Source of the DNA: Candidatus Melainabacteria bacterium RIFCSPHIGHO2_02_FULL_34_12
Lineage (GTDB): Bacteria > Cyanobacteriota > Vampirovibrionia > 2-02-FULL-35-15
Assembly (NCBI GenBank): GCA_001784555.1
Contig: MFRM01000003.1
Location: 65,606-129,605, forward strand
DNA length: 64,000 nt
Direction: 5' to 3'
Part shown: positions 37,212-45,264 of the stretch, one piece after another
Layout: each line of letters begins with the position of its first letter
Numbering within the stretch: position 1 is the first letter of the stretch
Program-made: the position numbers and the translations under genes
Notes under the pieces: model-generated
The model's database searches: none
Seen by the model: only the letters and a program-made list of their open reading frames with translations
Told to the model about the DNA's origin: nothing

Positions 37212-38174
37212 TTACATAATCAATCCATTCAAATACTCGTCAAAATCAAATTCTACGATGTCGTCTATTTGTTCACCTGTTCCTATAAATTTTACAGGTA
37301 GAGAAAGTTTGTTCATAATATTTAAAATCACACCGCCCTTTGCAGAACTGTCGAGCTTAGAAAGAATAATGCCGGTAAGTCCAATGGCTTTTGAAAATAA
37401 TTCTGCCTGAACAATTGCATTTTGACCAATCGTGGCATCCAGTACGATTAGCTTCTCAAGATTTGGAGCCATGCCAAGGCATGGCTTTACAAATTTTTCG
37501 ATTATAGAATTTATTTTCCGCAATTCATCCATGAGATTAATCTGTGAATGTAATCTCCCTGCAGTATCAATGAGGACAACATTAAAATTTTCATTTTTTG
37601 CTTTCTTAAGCGCAGCATAAACTACAGCATCTGGTTTTTTAACCTCAGGAGGTGAAAATATTTCTGCTTCTGCTCGCTTTGCCCATACATCAAGCTGTTC
37701 TCCTGCAGCTGCACGAAAGGTATCTCCTGCCACGATTAAAACTTTTTGTTTGCCATCTTTAAATCTCCTTGCAAGTTTGCCTATAGATGTGGTTTTACCG
37801 GAGCCGTTTACACCGACGATTAAATAAATTCCGTTTTGAAGGTGGGGTCCCGGGACTTCACCTTCGGGTAATTGTGATTTTATTGTTTCCTTTATTTTTT
37901 CTTGTAATTTATTTTTTTCAATCTGTAAGGGCGTGCCATGGACTGCCCCTACTTTTATATTCTTCTTTAATTCATTAATAATTTTTTCAGACAGCTCAAG
38001 ACCTACATCAGCTTTAATGAATTTTTCTAAAAGACTGTCATAGAATTCTTCATCAACATTTATGTTTATATTCTCTGTCGTAGGGACGTAGCGAGCTACG
38101 TCCCTACGGGTTTTTGATAATGCTTCTTTTATCTTGAATATATTATTTTCCAACCACTTCTTCATCTTAAGCAT
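37212..38174 (-). CDS. ftsY: signal recognition particle receptor FtsY
   Basis: ADVG, VGVNGSGKTTSIGKLA, GDTFRAAA, DTAGRLH, DATIGQN, SKLDSSAKGG, GTGE. Confidence 0.96.
   Translation of the reverse strand: MLKMKKWLENNIFKIKEALSKTRRDVARYVPTTENININVDEEFYDSLLEKFIKADVGLELSEKIINELKKNIKVGAVHGTPLQIEKNKLQEKIKETIKSQLPEGEVPGPHLQNGIYLIVGVNGSGKTTSIGKLARRFKDGKQKVLIVAGDTFRAAAGEQLDVWAKRAEAEIFSPPEVKKPDAVVYAALKKAKNENFNVVLIDTAGRLHSQINLMDELRKINSIIEKFVKPCLGMAPNLEKLIVLDATIGQNAIVQAELFSKAIGLTGIILSKLDSSAKGGVILNIMNKLSLPVKFIGTGEQIDDIVEFDFDEYLNGLIM
37463..37491. repeat. family A palindrome in ftsY (VKPCLGMAP)
   Basis: Minus strand tgtaaagccatgccttggcatggctccaa. Confidence 0.82.
37837..37866. repeat. GTCCCGGGAC-core palindrome in ftsY (EGEVPGPHLQ)
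   Basis: gaaggtggggtcccgggacttcaccttc; related copy at 38488. Confidence 0.8.
37924..37953. repeat. family A palindrome in ftsY (VGAVHGTPLQ)
   Basis: tgtaagggcgtgccatggactgcccctact. Confidence 0.87.
38079..38108. repeat. family A perfect palindrome in ftsY (RRDVARYVPT)
   Basis: cgtagggacgtagcgagctacgtccctacg. Confidence 0.95.
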
Positions 38175-38187
38175 CTATAATAACATT

Positions 38188-39657
38188 ATGGTTAACAAGG
38201 ACTCCATTGCATTACTCCCTCTAGACGACCGTCCAGTTTCTTATCTACTTCCAAAACAAATTGCTGATTTTTCAGGAGTAAATTTAATTTTACCTGAGAG
38301 AAAATATCTTGGTGATTTAAATCATGGATCTGATTTGAAATATATTGATAATTGGTGTAGGGGCGTATTGCAATACGCCCCTACATTTGTTGTTTCATTG
38401 GACAGCTGGGTTTACGGTGGATTGGTTCAATCAAGAAAACACGATTTCACATTAGACGAATTAAAGAAACGTGTTAGTGCACTCGCGGGAGGCGAGGTCC
38501 CGGGATCTCGCCTGCAGAATGTTTATGGATTTTCATCCATAATGCGAATCCCAAATTATAATTCCAGCGAAGAAGAAAAAGATTACTGGAAAGACTATGG
38601 AGAAAGTATTTTTAAGTGGTCTGAGCTTATGCATAAAGTAGGAAGAGGGATTACTGAAAAAGGAACATCTCATGAAGAGCTGCTGGAAAAATGGTATGAG
38701 AGTTCAAAATCAATTCCAGTGAACGTTCTGGCTGATTATAAAAGACACAGAGATAAAAACCTTACGGTTAATTTGCTTTGGATCGAACTGTCACATGATA
38801 AATGTTTTGAATGTTTAATTTTTTCATGTGACGATTCTTCTAGATATGGAATGAATGTAATTGAAGCTGAATATATTAAACGAGAAATTAAAAAGCACAG
38901 ATTTTCAGATCTAGCTAAAGTAATTTCAGGCACTGATGAAATATCTCTTGTTCTTATGACTAAAGCAAATCTTAAATCACAAGACAAAAAACCTTCTCTA
39001 TGTCTTTTCTTTAACAGCATTGAGGGTAAAACCCAGATCCCAAGATATGAATCAAATACAATACATGAATCTATTAAAGATCAAATAGATACTTTAGGGC
39101 TTGAAATAAAAGATTTAAATGAATCTGATATTTTAGTTTGTATTCATCTTTCAGATTCAGTCCAGGGAGATCATATTTTTAAAATTAAACCCTGCGACAC
39201 TTCAAAAAATATTGAAGAGCTAAAGAATATGCTTGAAAAAATTAATAAGCCTTTTATTCTGATAGATCTTGCATATGCAAACGGATCAGATCCACAGCTC
39301 ATAGAAGCACTGATAAATTCAAAAATCAACTGGGACCATTGTTACGGTTATGCAGGCTGGAATACCTGCTCAAACAGCACTGGTTCAGCTCTAGCAATAG
39401 GAATAAACAGGTGGATTGCTGAAAAAAATAGTTCCTTTAATAAGATTGCATTTAAAAAATGTCTTCTTACAAGATTTTTAGATGATTATGCATATCAGGC
39501 TCAGATAAGACATGTTGGTATTACAGAAAAAGAGATAAACAAAAAAATAATGCCACATGTTCAGGCATTTTCAAAACTTTTAGGAATAAATGATATAAAG
39601 GTAAAATGTTCACTGCCATGGAAAAGAACATTTGAAGCAGAGATCGATGTCATATAA
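38188..39657 (+). CDS. DUF4127-like protein
   Basis: LPLDDRP, SLD..VYGGLVQSR, FSSIMR, GTDE, DLAYANGSD, YAGWNTCSNSTG, RFLDDYAYQA. Confidence 0.8.
   Translation: MVNKDSIALLPLDDRPVSYLLPKQIADFSGVNLILPERKYLGDLNHGSDLKYIDNWCRGVLQYAPTFVVSLDSWVYGGLVQSRKHDFTLDELKKRVSALAGGEVPGSRLQNVYGFSSIMRIPNYNSSEEEKDYWKDYGESIFKWSELMHKVGRGITEKGTSHEELLEKWYESSKSIPVNVLADYKRHRDKNLTVNLLWIELSHDKCFECLIFSCDDSSRYGMNVIEAEYIKREIKKHRFSDLAKVISGTDEISLVLMTKANLKSQDKKPSLCLFFNSIEGKTQIPRYESNTIHESIKDQIDTLGLEIKDLNESDILVCIHLSDSVQGDHIFKIKPCDTSKNIEELKNMLEKINKPFILIDLAYANGSDPQLIEALINSKINWDHCYGYAGWNTCSNSTGSALAIGINRWIAEKNSSFNKIAFKKCLLTRFLDDYAYQAQIRHVGITEKEINKKIMPHVQAFSKLLGINDIKVKCSLPWKRTFEAEIDVI
38356..38385. repeat. family A perfect palindrome in the DUF4127 gene (CRGVLQYAPT)
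   Basis: tgtaggggcgtattgcaatacgcccctaca. Confidence 0.95.
38488..38516. repeat. GTCCCGGGA-core palindrome in the DUF4127 gene (GGEVPGSRLQ)
   Basis: ggaggcgaggtcccgggatctcgcctgca. Confidence 0.8.
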
Positions 39658-41308
39658 ACAAAAAATTCATAAAGAAATCAAAAAAGCCTTAAACGGTGAA
39701 TCTGATTTGGTTTATTTAGAACGTACAAAACTAAAAGAACATGGTGATGTTTCAACAAATATTGCAATGGTACTGGCAAAAAAGCAAAAAAGAAATCCAC
39801 TTGATATTGCAAATGAGCTAAAAGAAAAAATAAAAGCAGATGGCAGTTTAATCTCACATATAGAAGTAGCAAAACCTGGTTTTGTAAATTTTGTAGTCGG
39901 AGATTATGCACTTAGTGAGTCTTTAGTTGAGGTTATTAATATTGGAGATAAATTTGGCTTTGCGCCTGAAAAATCAAAAGAAGAAACATTAGTGGAATAT
40001 GTTTCTGCAAATCCAACCGGAGATTTACACATCGGTCATGGAAGACAGGCAGTGATTGGAAGTTGTTTAGTAAATCTTTTAAGCGCAGCAGGATATGACG
40101 TAAAAAGTGAGTTTTACATAAATGATTTTGGCGAACAAATACAAAACCTCTCAGACACTGCATGGGCAATACATTGTAAATTAAACGGAGAAAATGTCCA
40201 GTGGAAAGAAGATTTTTATCCTGAAGATTTATTATTGCCGTACGTGAAGAAAATTGTAGGGGCTTACTGCAGTAAGCCCCAGCAGCAATTGACGAAAGAA
40301 ATCCTTGGACAAGAAATAAAAGATTTAATTTTAAAATCACAGGAAGAGCTGCTTTCTTCTCTAAAGATAAGTTTTGATAAATGGCATAGTGAAACAGATC
40401 TGCATACTCGTGGAGAAGTTAAAAATACACTTAAAAAACTAAAAGAGTCTGGCATTACATACGAGCATGAAGGAGCCATATGGCTTAAGGCACAAGAACT
40501 TGGAGATGTAAGAGACAGAGTGCTAGTAAGATCTGACGGGCGAAGTACTTATTTGCTGGCAGACGTTGCATATCATATTAATAAATTTAAACGCAGTACA
40601 AAACTAATTACCCTATGGGGTGCAGATCACCATGGACAGGAAGTTGGACTAAAAGGTGCTTTAAAGGTTCTTAAATATGATGAAAACAAGCTTGAAATAA
40701 TTTTTGTGCAGATGGTTAGCTTAAAAAAAGAAGGACAGGAAATAAAAATGTCCAAGCGCGCCGGGACAGTAGTTACTGTAGATGAAGTATTAAATGAAGT
40801 AGGCCCCGATGCTTTTAGATATTTTCTGGTTGAAAGTCATCCTAACCATAGAATGATTTTTGATATTGATTTAGCTAAAAAACAAGATAAAGATAATCCT
40901 GTTTATTACATCCAGTATGCCCATGCAAGATGTTGCAGTATTTTTAGACAAATTACAGATGACATTAAAAAAGAGGAGGTGCTAAAAAAGTGCACGATAA
41001 GCCCTGATGTTTTTATGTATTTATTTAAAGCTAATAATCAGGAGTACTCAGCCACTAAATCTCTTATTTTACGGATTCTTGATTTTCCTGAAGAAGTTCT
41101 AAATTCGGCTGAGAGCAGATCGCCTAGCAGAATTGCTAATTATTTAAAAGAACTGGCTACAGATTTCCATCAATTTTATACAGTTTGTCGTGTAATATCA
41201 AAAGATATAAATTTAACCGAAGCCAGATTAGGTCTGGTCGAAACAGTAAAAATAACAATTGCAAACGGTTTAAAAATACTAGGTATCAATGCACCTGAAT
41301 CAATGTAA
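39647..41308 (+). CDS. argS: arginine--tRNA ligase
   Basis: HGD.STNIAM, PGFVNF, VEYVSANPTGDLHIGH, WGADHHG, KMSKRAG, NPVYYIQYAHAR, APESM. Confidence 0.97.
   Translation: MSYKQKIHKEIKKALNGESDLVYLERTKLKEHGDVSTNIAMVLAKKQKRNPLDIANELKEKIKADGSLISHIEVAKPGFVNFVVGDYALSESLVEVINIGDKFGFAPEKSKEETLVEYVSANPTGDLHIGHGRQAVIGSCLVNLLSAAGYDVKSEFYINDFGEQIQNLSDTAWAIHCKLNGENVQWKEDFYPEDLLLPYVKKIVGAYCSKPQQQLTKEILGQEIKDLILKSQEELLSSLKISFDKWHSETDLHTRGEVKNTLKKLKESGITYEHEGAIWLKAQELGDVRDRVLVRSDGRSTYLLADVAYHINKFKRSTKLITLWGADHHGQEVGLKGALKVLKYDENKLEIIFVQMVSLKKEGQEIKMSKRAGTVVTVDEVLNEVGPDAFRYFLVESHPNHRMIFDIDLAKKQDKDNPVYYIQYAHARCCSIFRQITDDIKKEEVLKKCTISPDVFMYLFKANNQEYSATKSLILRILDFPEEVLNSAESRSPSRIANYLKELATDFHQFYTVCRVISKDINLTEARLGLVETVKITIANGLKILGINAPESM
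40255..40284. repeat. family A palindrome in argS (VGAYCSKPQQ)
   Basis: tgtaggggcttactgcagtaagccccagca. Confidence 0.9.
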
Positions 41309-41313
41309 AACAA

Positions 41314-41343
41314 TGTAGAGGCGTAGTGCATTATGCCTCTACA
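41314..41343. repeat. family A palindrome, intergenic after argS
   Basis: tgtagaggcgtagtgcattatgcctctaca. Confidence 0.88.
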
Positions 41344-41364
41344 AACAAATGCTAGAATTAACAT

Positions 41365-41661
41365 ATGCCTGAAACACCATACTGTCCGCTCTTAAGCATT
41401 AACAAAGAAGTTCCTGTTTTATGTCAGGAAGAACTTTGTATGTGGTATGTTAAGCAACTTAAACTTTGTTCCATTACAGTACAGGCATATGCAAACGCTT
41501 TAAATCTGCAAATGCCACAAAGACCCACAGGTTCTCAGGGAGAAACTAAACCTACACAGCAAGCCACACCTCAACAACAAGTTAAACAAAATTTAACCAA
41601 GCCTCAGTCTAAAGATCAGCCAAAAGCTGCAAATCCTTTTGCACTTGACGATTTAGACTAA
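41365..41661 (+). CDS. hypothetical protein with an N-terminal four-Cys motif and Gln/Pro-rich tail
   Basis: YCPLLS..LC..ELCMWY...LCSI. Confidence 0.7.
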   Translation: MPETPYCPLLSINKEVPVLCQEELCMWYVKQLKLCSITVQAYANALNLQMPQRPTGSQGETKPTQQATPQQQVKQNLTKPQSKDQPKAANPFALDDLD

Positions 41662-41784
41662 AGAACATAAAAATACGTCATTTGTAGGGCAAATAGTTTA
41701 TTAAATATTTGAATTCTAAGGATCTAATATAAGATAAGATCGTCATAAAATAAAGATCCTTAAAAAATTGATAAAGGGAACAAA

Positions 41785-42267
41785 ATGGGTTTTGCTGCAA
41801 GAAAAGAGAATACAAGTCTTGAAGGTTTTGAAGAACTTTGGGAAAGTCCAGATCAATCTCAATCAGTTGATTCTATTTCAAAACAAATTCATTCAATTTT
41901 AAAAGTTTTAGTTGATGAAAGAATTGCATTAAAGCAGGAAAACCAACTGGTTAATGAATTAAAACAACATATGCATTCTCTTGAATCGCAGATTCAAAAA
42001 TTAAATTGGCAATTAGGACAAAGAGAAAAAGAACTTTCAAGCTTATATACTGAATTCCACCAGGTAAAAAGCCAAAAAGAATCCATGGAGAAACAAACAG
42101 AAACATATAAAGAACTACAAAAAGAAAACCGTGAAATAAGACAACTAGCTGAACAACTTTCAAATCAAATTCTTCATGAAAAAGCAAAGAACGAGCAGTT
42201 AATTGAGCTTTTAAAAGAATTGCAAAATCCGGAATTAGTAAAAATTACTAAAAAACTTGGGTTATAA
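41785..42267 (+). CDS. hypothetical coiled-coil protein
   Basis: Q/E/K/L heptads; AAGGGA upstream. Confidence 0.75.
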   Translation: MGFAARKENTSLEGFEELWESPDQSQSVDSISKQIHSILKVLVDERIALKQENQLVNELKQHMHSLESQIQKLNWQLGQREKELSSLYTEFHQVKSQKESMEKQTETYKELQKENREIRQLAEQLSNQILHEKAKNEQLIELLKELQNPELVKITKKLGL

Positions 42268-42290
42268 AGCGCCTCCAAGGAAGGCGCTTT
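42266..42290. terminator. probable bidirectional hairpin terminator
   Basis: aaagcgcct-ccaagga-aggcgcttt between convergent genes. Confidence 0.6.
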
Positions 42291-42301
42291 GATTTCGCTC
42301 G

Positions 42302-43159
42302 TTAATATCCCGGAAGCAAGCTTCCGGATTTTACACTTCGCTCAAATATAAACAAACATCTATCTAATTTAGAATAATCTTTTACAATTTCAAAACTGTT
42401 TAATCCTTTTGATTTCAGCAGTTTTATTAAATCATTCACAAGAGATGGATCTATTTCTAATGCAATCAAACGTTTATTGTCATTGCGAGGAGCAGTTATC
42501 AATTCAAATATCCTCTCATAATATATTAATCCTGAATTATTTTCTTTTGAGCCGACAAGTGCAATCTTAGGTTCATGAAGCACAACCTCGGGTCTTAATT
42601 TCTTCATTTCGCTTGATTTCACGTAAGGTGGATTTGAGATTATTAGATCAAAATTATTTCTATTTAATATTTCTTCCATGCCATTAGAAAATACATCACA
42701 TACCTCAAATTTTATTTTCTCCGAAACATTGTTTTTCTCAGCATTTTCTCTGGCTAAATTTATAATGTCTTCATTTACATCTATTGCAATGATTTTTATA
42801 TCCGGAATTAATCTGGCAAGTGCAATTGCAATGATGCCAGAGCCAGTGCCTATATCCAATGCCGTAGGGACATGCCGCGGCATGTCCCTACTATTGATTA
42901 ACCTTCTCACCGTTTCTTCAACTAGAATTTCAGTCTCAGGTCTAGGTATCAAAACATTTTTATCGACTTTTACTTCAAAATCCATAAAATAAGCTTTTCC
43001 AAGAATATACTGAATAGGGATTCTTGTTTTTATTCTTTCTGAAATAATTTTTTTTATTTGTTCAGAATCTTTTAATTCCATAAGTAATATGGAAATTTCT
43101 TTTTTTGCTTCCTGAGGCTCTATTCCTGCAGAAATTAGTTTTTCAATTAATTCTTCCAT
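42302..43159 (-). CDS. prmC: release factor glutamine methyltransferase
   Basis: PIQYILG, VLIPRPETE, LDIGTGSG, ISNPPY, HEPKIAL. Confidence 0.95.
   Translation of the reverse strand: MEELIEKLISAGIEPQEAKKEISILLMELKDSEQIKKIISERIKTRIPIQYILGKAYFMDFEVKVDKNVLIPRPETEILVEETVRRLINSRDMPRHVPTALDIGTGSGIIAIALARLIPDIKIIAIDVNEDIINLARENAEKNNVSEKIKFEVCDVFSNGMEEILNRNNFDLIISNPPYVKSSEMKKLRPEVVLHEPKIALVGSKENNSGLIYYERIFELITAPRNDNKRLIALEIDPSLVNDLIKLLKSKGLNSFEIVKDYSKLDRCLFIFERSVKSGSLLPGY
42479..42493. repeat. family B terminal remnant in prmC (APRND)
   Basis: gtcattgcgaggagc. Confidence 0.7.
42864..42891. repeat. family A perfect palindrome in prmC (SRDMPRHVPT)
   Basis: gtagggacatgccgcggcatgtccctac. Confidence 0.95.
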
Positions 43160-43833
43160 TATTTTCTTACTAAAATGACAAAATGATCATCATAAGGATC
43201 GTCAATATTATTTCTTATTGCTTTTATTTCACTATGTGAAAGCTCTATTTTAGTATTTGTATGAAGTTTTTTAAATAAAGAGATTGAGCATAATTTATAT
43301 CCTGCTTTTTTTAAAAGTTTTTTTATATAGAAATCTCTGTAACCCCATGTTTTAATGCCTGCTGTACTTATATACATTTGCTTCGGGCTCTTCCCATCAT
43401 AATCACATGAACTTAAATTATCAAAAACAGTAAAAGCAAAATATCCGCCTGGCTTTAGTATATTTTTTACGTTTTTAATTACTTTATCAGGATTTTTAGA
43501 ATAATCCATGACGCCGGAACTTATAACAAAATTAAATTGTTCTTTTCCGAATTTTTTAACCAGATTAATATCCTGACTTGTTTTTATAAGTTTTAGAGTT
43601 CCTCTACACTTTGATTTAAAATATTCTTTTGCTTTTTTAAGTGATGTTTCATTAATATCAAAACCTACAATGTTCAAAGCAGGTTGTTTTTTAAGCAGAT
43701 ATTTTGTTACCCCGCCTTTTCCAATGCCTATTTCAAGGATTCTATTGTTTTTTCTTATTTTATTTAAAATCAGCCTGGCAACTGGTTTTTGTCCGCGCCA
43801 GTATGTTTCATCAGGTATTTTATTTTTTTTCAT
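43159..43833 (-). CDS. class I SAM-dependent methyltransferase
   Basis: ILEIGIGKG, GFDIN, ILKPGG. The ORF-track start at 43851 lies in a palindrome. Confidence 0.85.
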   Translation of the reverse strand: MKKNKIPDETYWRGQKPVARLILNKIRKNNRILEIGIGKGGVTKYLLKKQPALNIVGFDINETSLKKAKEYFKSKCRGTLKLIKTSQDINLVKKFGKEQFNFVISSGVMDYSKNPDKVIKNVKNILKPGGYFAFTVFDNLSSCDYDGKSPKQMYISTAGIKTWGYRDFYIKKLLKKAGYKLCSISLFKKLHTNTKIELSHSEIKAIRNNIDDPYDDHFVILVRK

Positions 43834-43838
43834 TTTTA

Positions 43839-43867
43839 TTGGGGCAAACACATTGGTTTGCCCTTAC
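43839..43867. repeat. family A subtype overlapping the stop codon of the cupin gene
   Basis: Minus strand gtaagggcaaaccaatgtgtttgccccaa; its TAA is the stop. Confidence 0.85.
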
Positions 43868-44229
43868 GTAACACGCCCAAAGTCATCTTCTATCCTTGTT
43901 ATGTCATCTTCACCAAAATATGTACCTGTTTGTACTTCTATTATCTCTGCAGTCTCATCCCCAATATTTTCTATTCTGTGTATAGTTCCCACAGGTACTG
44001 ATATGGTCTGTCCATAAGTATAAATTCCTTTTTTATCTCCAACCGTGATTTGTAATTTTCCTTTAACAATAGTCCATGTTTCTGTACGTTTATTATGATA
44101 TTGAAGACTAAATCGTTTTTTTGAATTTATAATTAACTTTTTTACCTTATAGTTTTCATTATCAATTAATATGACATAGCCTCCCCATGGGCGGCTTTCC
44201 AGTTTATGAAGTTCATTGCTTGTAGACAT
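43864..44229 (-). CDS. mannose-6-phosphate isomerase type II C-terminal cupin protein
   Basis: RPWG.Y, SLQYH.KR.E.W, HRIEN, IIEVQTGTYFGEDDI.RIEDDFGR. Confidence 0.9.
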   Translation of the reverse strand: MSTSNELHKLESRPWGGYVILIDNENYKVKKLIINSKKRFSLQYHNKRTETWTIVKGKLQITVGDKKGIYTYGQTISVPVGTIHRIENIGDETAEIIEVQTGTYFGEDDITRIEDDFGRVT

Positions 44230-44290
44230 AAGAATATCTGATATTCTACCGCATGATAGAATTGCCGTGTATTTATTAATCACAAATAAA

Positions 44291-45262
44291 ATGAAAACAA
44301 TAACTGACACAATGAAAGCAATGGTTATAACCAGCTATGGAGACACCAGTGTTTTTAAAGAACAAGAAATGCCTGTGCCAAAACCAAAAGGGAAAGAATT
44401 ACTTGTAAAAGTAATGGCTACCAGCATTAATCCTGTTGACCTTAAAGTTAGAAAAGGTTTAATCCAAACCGGCATAAACCCACCGCAAATCCTGGGTTTT
44501 GATGTATCAGGAGTAGTTATAGAAATAGGAGATAAGGTTACTGATTTTAAAGTAGGAGATGAAGTTTATTATCTCCCTAAAATCATGGGACTACAAGGAT
44601 CATATGCCGAATATCATCTCGTGGAAGAACAAATAGTATCTCTTAAACCTAAAAATCTGTCTCATACTGAAGCTGCATGTATCCCTTTGGTTGGAAGCAC
44701 TGCATGGGATGCTTTGATTGAAAGAGCAAAAATAAAAATTGGAGAAACTGTTTTAATACATGCAGGTGCTGGTGGAGTCGGGTCATTTGCAATTCAACTT
44801 GCTAAATTAAGCGGTGCTTATGTTTTTACCACATGCAGCAGCTATAATCACGATCTTGTAAAAAGCTTGGGTGCAGACAGACTAATTGATTATAAAAAAG
44901 AGGATTTTGTAGATGTAATTTTAAAAGAAACTGGTAATATCGGAGTAGACGCAGTATTTGATACAGTGGGTCCTGAGATTTTAACTAAAAGCATTGACGC
45001 CACAAAGCCATTCGGAAGAATAGCCAGTATAGTTAGAGTTCCGGCAAATCTTGAAAAAACTTTTATTAAAAATATTGATTTTCATCCAGTTTTTGTACAA
45101 AGCGGAAGAAATAAGCTGGATAAAATAAGAGATTTAATTGAGCGAAGGAAGATAAAACCTGTGATTGATTCTGTAATTTCTCTAAATCAAATTCCTGAAG
45201 CACATAAGAAAATTGAAAAGGGCGGTGTTAAAGGCAAAATTGTTGTAGATTTAGCTATATAA
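44291..45262 (+). CDS. MDR-family NADPH:quinone oxidoreductase / zinc-type ADH-like protein
   Basis: SINPVD.K, LGFDVSGVV, GSYAEY, LIHAGAGGVGSFAIQLAK, GKIVV. Confidence 0.9.
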   Translation: MKTITDTMKAMVITSYGDTSVFKEQEMPVPKPKGKELLVKVMATSINPVDLKVRKGLIQTGINPPQILGFDVSGVVIEIGDKVTDFKVGDEVYYLPKIMGLQGSYAEYHLVEEQIVSLKPKNLSHTEAACIPLVGSTAWDALIERAKIKIGETVLIHAGAGGVGSFAIQLAKLSGAYVFTTCSSYNHDLVKSLGADRLIDYKKEDFVDVILKETGNIGVDAVFDTVGPEILTKSIDATKPFGRIASIVRVPANLEKTFIKNIDFHPVFVQSGRNKLDKIRDLIERRKIKPVIDSVISLNQIPEAHKKIEKGGVKGKIVVDLAI

Positions 45263-45264
45263 AG

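Noticed and set aside
39936-40340. 134-aa antisense ORF and similar antisense ORFs across the window
   Set aside because: Lie wholly opposite well-supported genes; the REP-like peptide appears only because the palindrome reads similarly on both strands.
41681-41700. tttgtagggcaaatag as a family A copy
   Set aside because: Left end only, with no complementary right arm.
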